The notes under the pieces were generated by a model. That model saw only the letters and a program-made list of their open reading frames with translations. It had not been told where the DNA came from and searched no databases. Positions 61,701-64,000 of a DNA stretch of 64,000 bases are shown here, one piece after another. This DNA comes from Marsupella aquatica (Eukaryota > Plantae > Marchantiophyta), in NCBI GenBank assembly GCA_973895155.1, contig OZ316892.1, positions 11,222,138-11,286,137 on the forward strand, in the 5' to 3' direction. The position numbers were made by a program, and so were the translations under genes. Within the stretch, counting starts at the first letter, position 1. The number at the start of each line of letters is the position of its first letter.

Positions 61701-64000
61701 TTAATGCTTGAGAATGCTATCACATCCTATTGTAACAAGTCTGAAAGTGGAAGTCCCCACCTCTCTCTTTTCACAGGGTAAGGTTGCAAATGTCGTTCCT
61801 AGGAGAACCAAACCCTTGTCCAGAACTGTACTTCACTTTTGAATCATGCAGGTGGTCTTGAGAACTGGTGTAACTCCCGTCTATGTAGTCAGCCTACAGT
61901 TGCTATGAAGAGTCCACAACCCCACGGAAAAGCCCCAAACTGATTTCCATTCCTCAAATTGTTTGTTTTGACCTTCAAACAATTTTACTATACAAATGCA
62001 CCCAGATATGTTTTTTTGCCATTGATGAGAATAGAGGTCTGAAGAGCAGGCTGATTGGTAACCACCTTTCTTGCTAAAACTGTCTACTGCCAGTTTGTAT
62101 TTGGAAGCTGACCTCTAATATTTAGAGATATAGGTTACCGATGGGGAGGCCATGATCCCCAATTTTTTTCTCCATCTGATTAATTCAGTTGGCCAAAAGG
62201 AGTACAGGTGGAGATGCCTTCAAGGTATCCATCTAGCAGTTTCCTTCTAGAAAGCCAGAAAATAACCTCACAGTAATCCTCCCAACCACTCACACAGTTC
62301 ATGTTGAGGCTTTCGGTTGCCTTCGGACTAATCCTCACCTATTTAGTTGTCATCCAAACCCCAGGCACTTCCCTTTTCTATTTTTTTCTGAAGCTAGACT
62401 CTGATTATTGATGTTACGAGTGATCCAATTAAAGTGGTTGTAATGGGTCTGTTGGCGGAACCTTGTTTTTCATATTTAAACTGCCTGGACGGTCTCTCAC
62501 ACATCAACCCATGTGAGTTGGGACCTGCGGCCAATGCATGGCTTTACCAAGCCTTTGTCCATGACTCTCAGCGTGGTTTTTTAAGTGTGGGATGCCATTA
62601 TCAGTAGGGACATGCCTTAAGGTGGCATTACAAAATGGAGGGAGCAATATTCCTGATGAGATTAAATCTGGACCACATATCAAATGAAAATGGCTGCTTC
62701 ATTCAACGGTTGAGATGGTCCAACCAATTCCAGACTGTGGTTCTTCCATTCAGGAGATTTGCATTTATTGAACTTCATTTCAAAAGATTTATGGTTTGGT
62801 GTCTATCATTAGAACAAGACCGGGCCCTTCGGTTTGCTTTGGTGAAAAAAATCACAAGTGCCACCTAGTGGGATAAGTTTTAAAACTTGATTGTTTTTGC
62901 TAGTATGGCTATGTCACCTTCTGTGAAAGAGAATATGTCAAGAATATTTCTTATCTAATTTTCCTAGACTAGTATCTGATCTGTAGATCTCCCTAGATTT
63001 ACGGATAACCATCAAATTCTGGTTACTGGGGTAAGTGGCTACGAGGTAAATGGGTAACGGAAGACAAAGAGCCTGTAAAAATTTCCCAAAAGTAGGAAGA
63101 CTTTTCAGTGAGGTGGAGTTTAGCTTAAGTTTGCCAGTAATAAAAACACTCCACGGACCCCATGTCTAGTGGAGCCACCCTTTTATCATCCCAATGTGTT
63201 TTACTTTTGGGGCTGATCATCGAGAAACTGAAATTATTTGCCTGGGCCCATTTGATTGAATCCATAGAGCATAAAATGCTGGTCCCCACTATTAGGTGTT
63301 TCCCTATGGTAGGACAGACATGAGGACGTCTTTGCGTGGCTTTTAGCCTAATGTGGCCATTATTTTGAAGCAACCTAATGGATTTATTCCTGCTATTGAT
63401 TGTACATAGTCATCCAGCTGCATAGAATCTTTGGCGTTTGGAGGACGTTTCATTGTAAGACAATGATTTCCAACTATCCAAAAGTTGTTATAATGGCAGA
63501 TTTTCACTTTTGTAACGTGTTCTTGGGCTTCTGACACGTGGCGCATGATAGCCACCAAACCATATGTTTTTGGTTGTTCCATCTGAGGGTTCATGGTGAT
63601 TATTTGGAGTGTGGACTCAGCCTTATTTTATGGGTCAAAACAGAACCCTTCCAGTTTACCTAGTTTTCCTTTTGGTGAAAAGAACCTTCCAGTCTACCTT
63701 TCAACAAATTCTGTTACCTTACTTTTTGCTCCTGCAGTTGGCCTGAATACTCGAATGCATCTTTTCATAAATTCTTGTCAGTTGTCTTTAAAAGTTCAGT
63801 TCAAGTCACCCCACAGCAGAAAACTGTTCAATTATCCTTTTTTAATGAGGGGAAACTCAATTGCCTTTGTTGACCGCGCTCCTTGTACCTAATTATTATT
63901 TTTAAAATTAAAAGCAATTATTTATTGCAAGGCAGATTAGTTTTTCTTTTGCTGTAAAGCAGTTTTGACACGAGTGACACTACAAGAGAAAAAAAAGCTC

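Noticed and set aside
57159-63892. Scattered 60-160 aa ORFs at the window end
   Set aside because: No recognisable motifs or consistent exon chain.

Overview
Eukaryotic land-plant nuclear DNA. The lineage cannot be fixed from sequence alone, although a non-seed plant is plausible. Five protein genes were reconstructed by reading splice sites: deoxyhypusine hydroxylase (+, 7 exons), granule-bound starch synthase (+, 13 exons), an intronless NEOXANTHIN-DEFICIENT 1 homolog (+), a DCAF4-like WD40/DWD protein (-, at least 12 exons, one GC-AG intron, first exon unresolved) and an Enhancer-of-polycomb-like gene (+, 12 exons). Positions 31176-47398 hold a nested retroelement block: a full-length Copia element with a solo LTR and an antisense second Copia inserted in it, and another solo LTR inside the second Copia. 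All four have identifiable target-site duplications. The block sits in an old diverged tandem duplication that also received a related solo LTR and a ~235-bp non-autonomous Helitron; a second Helitron copy lies upstream of DOHH. The most notable observations are the intronless NXD1, a dense GTAC cluster and a shared motif in the long Copia leaders, a Helitron family with CTCG ends and a 30-bp flanking duplication, and uORFs or UTR introns at the host genes. No function could be assigned to 57-64 kb. I found no clear evidence of a wholly new biological system.
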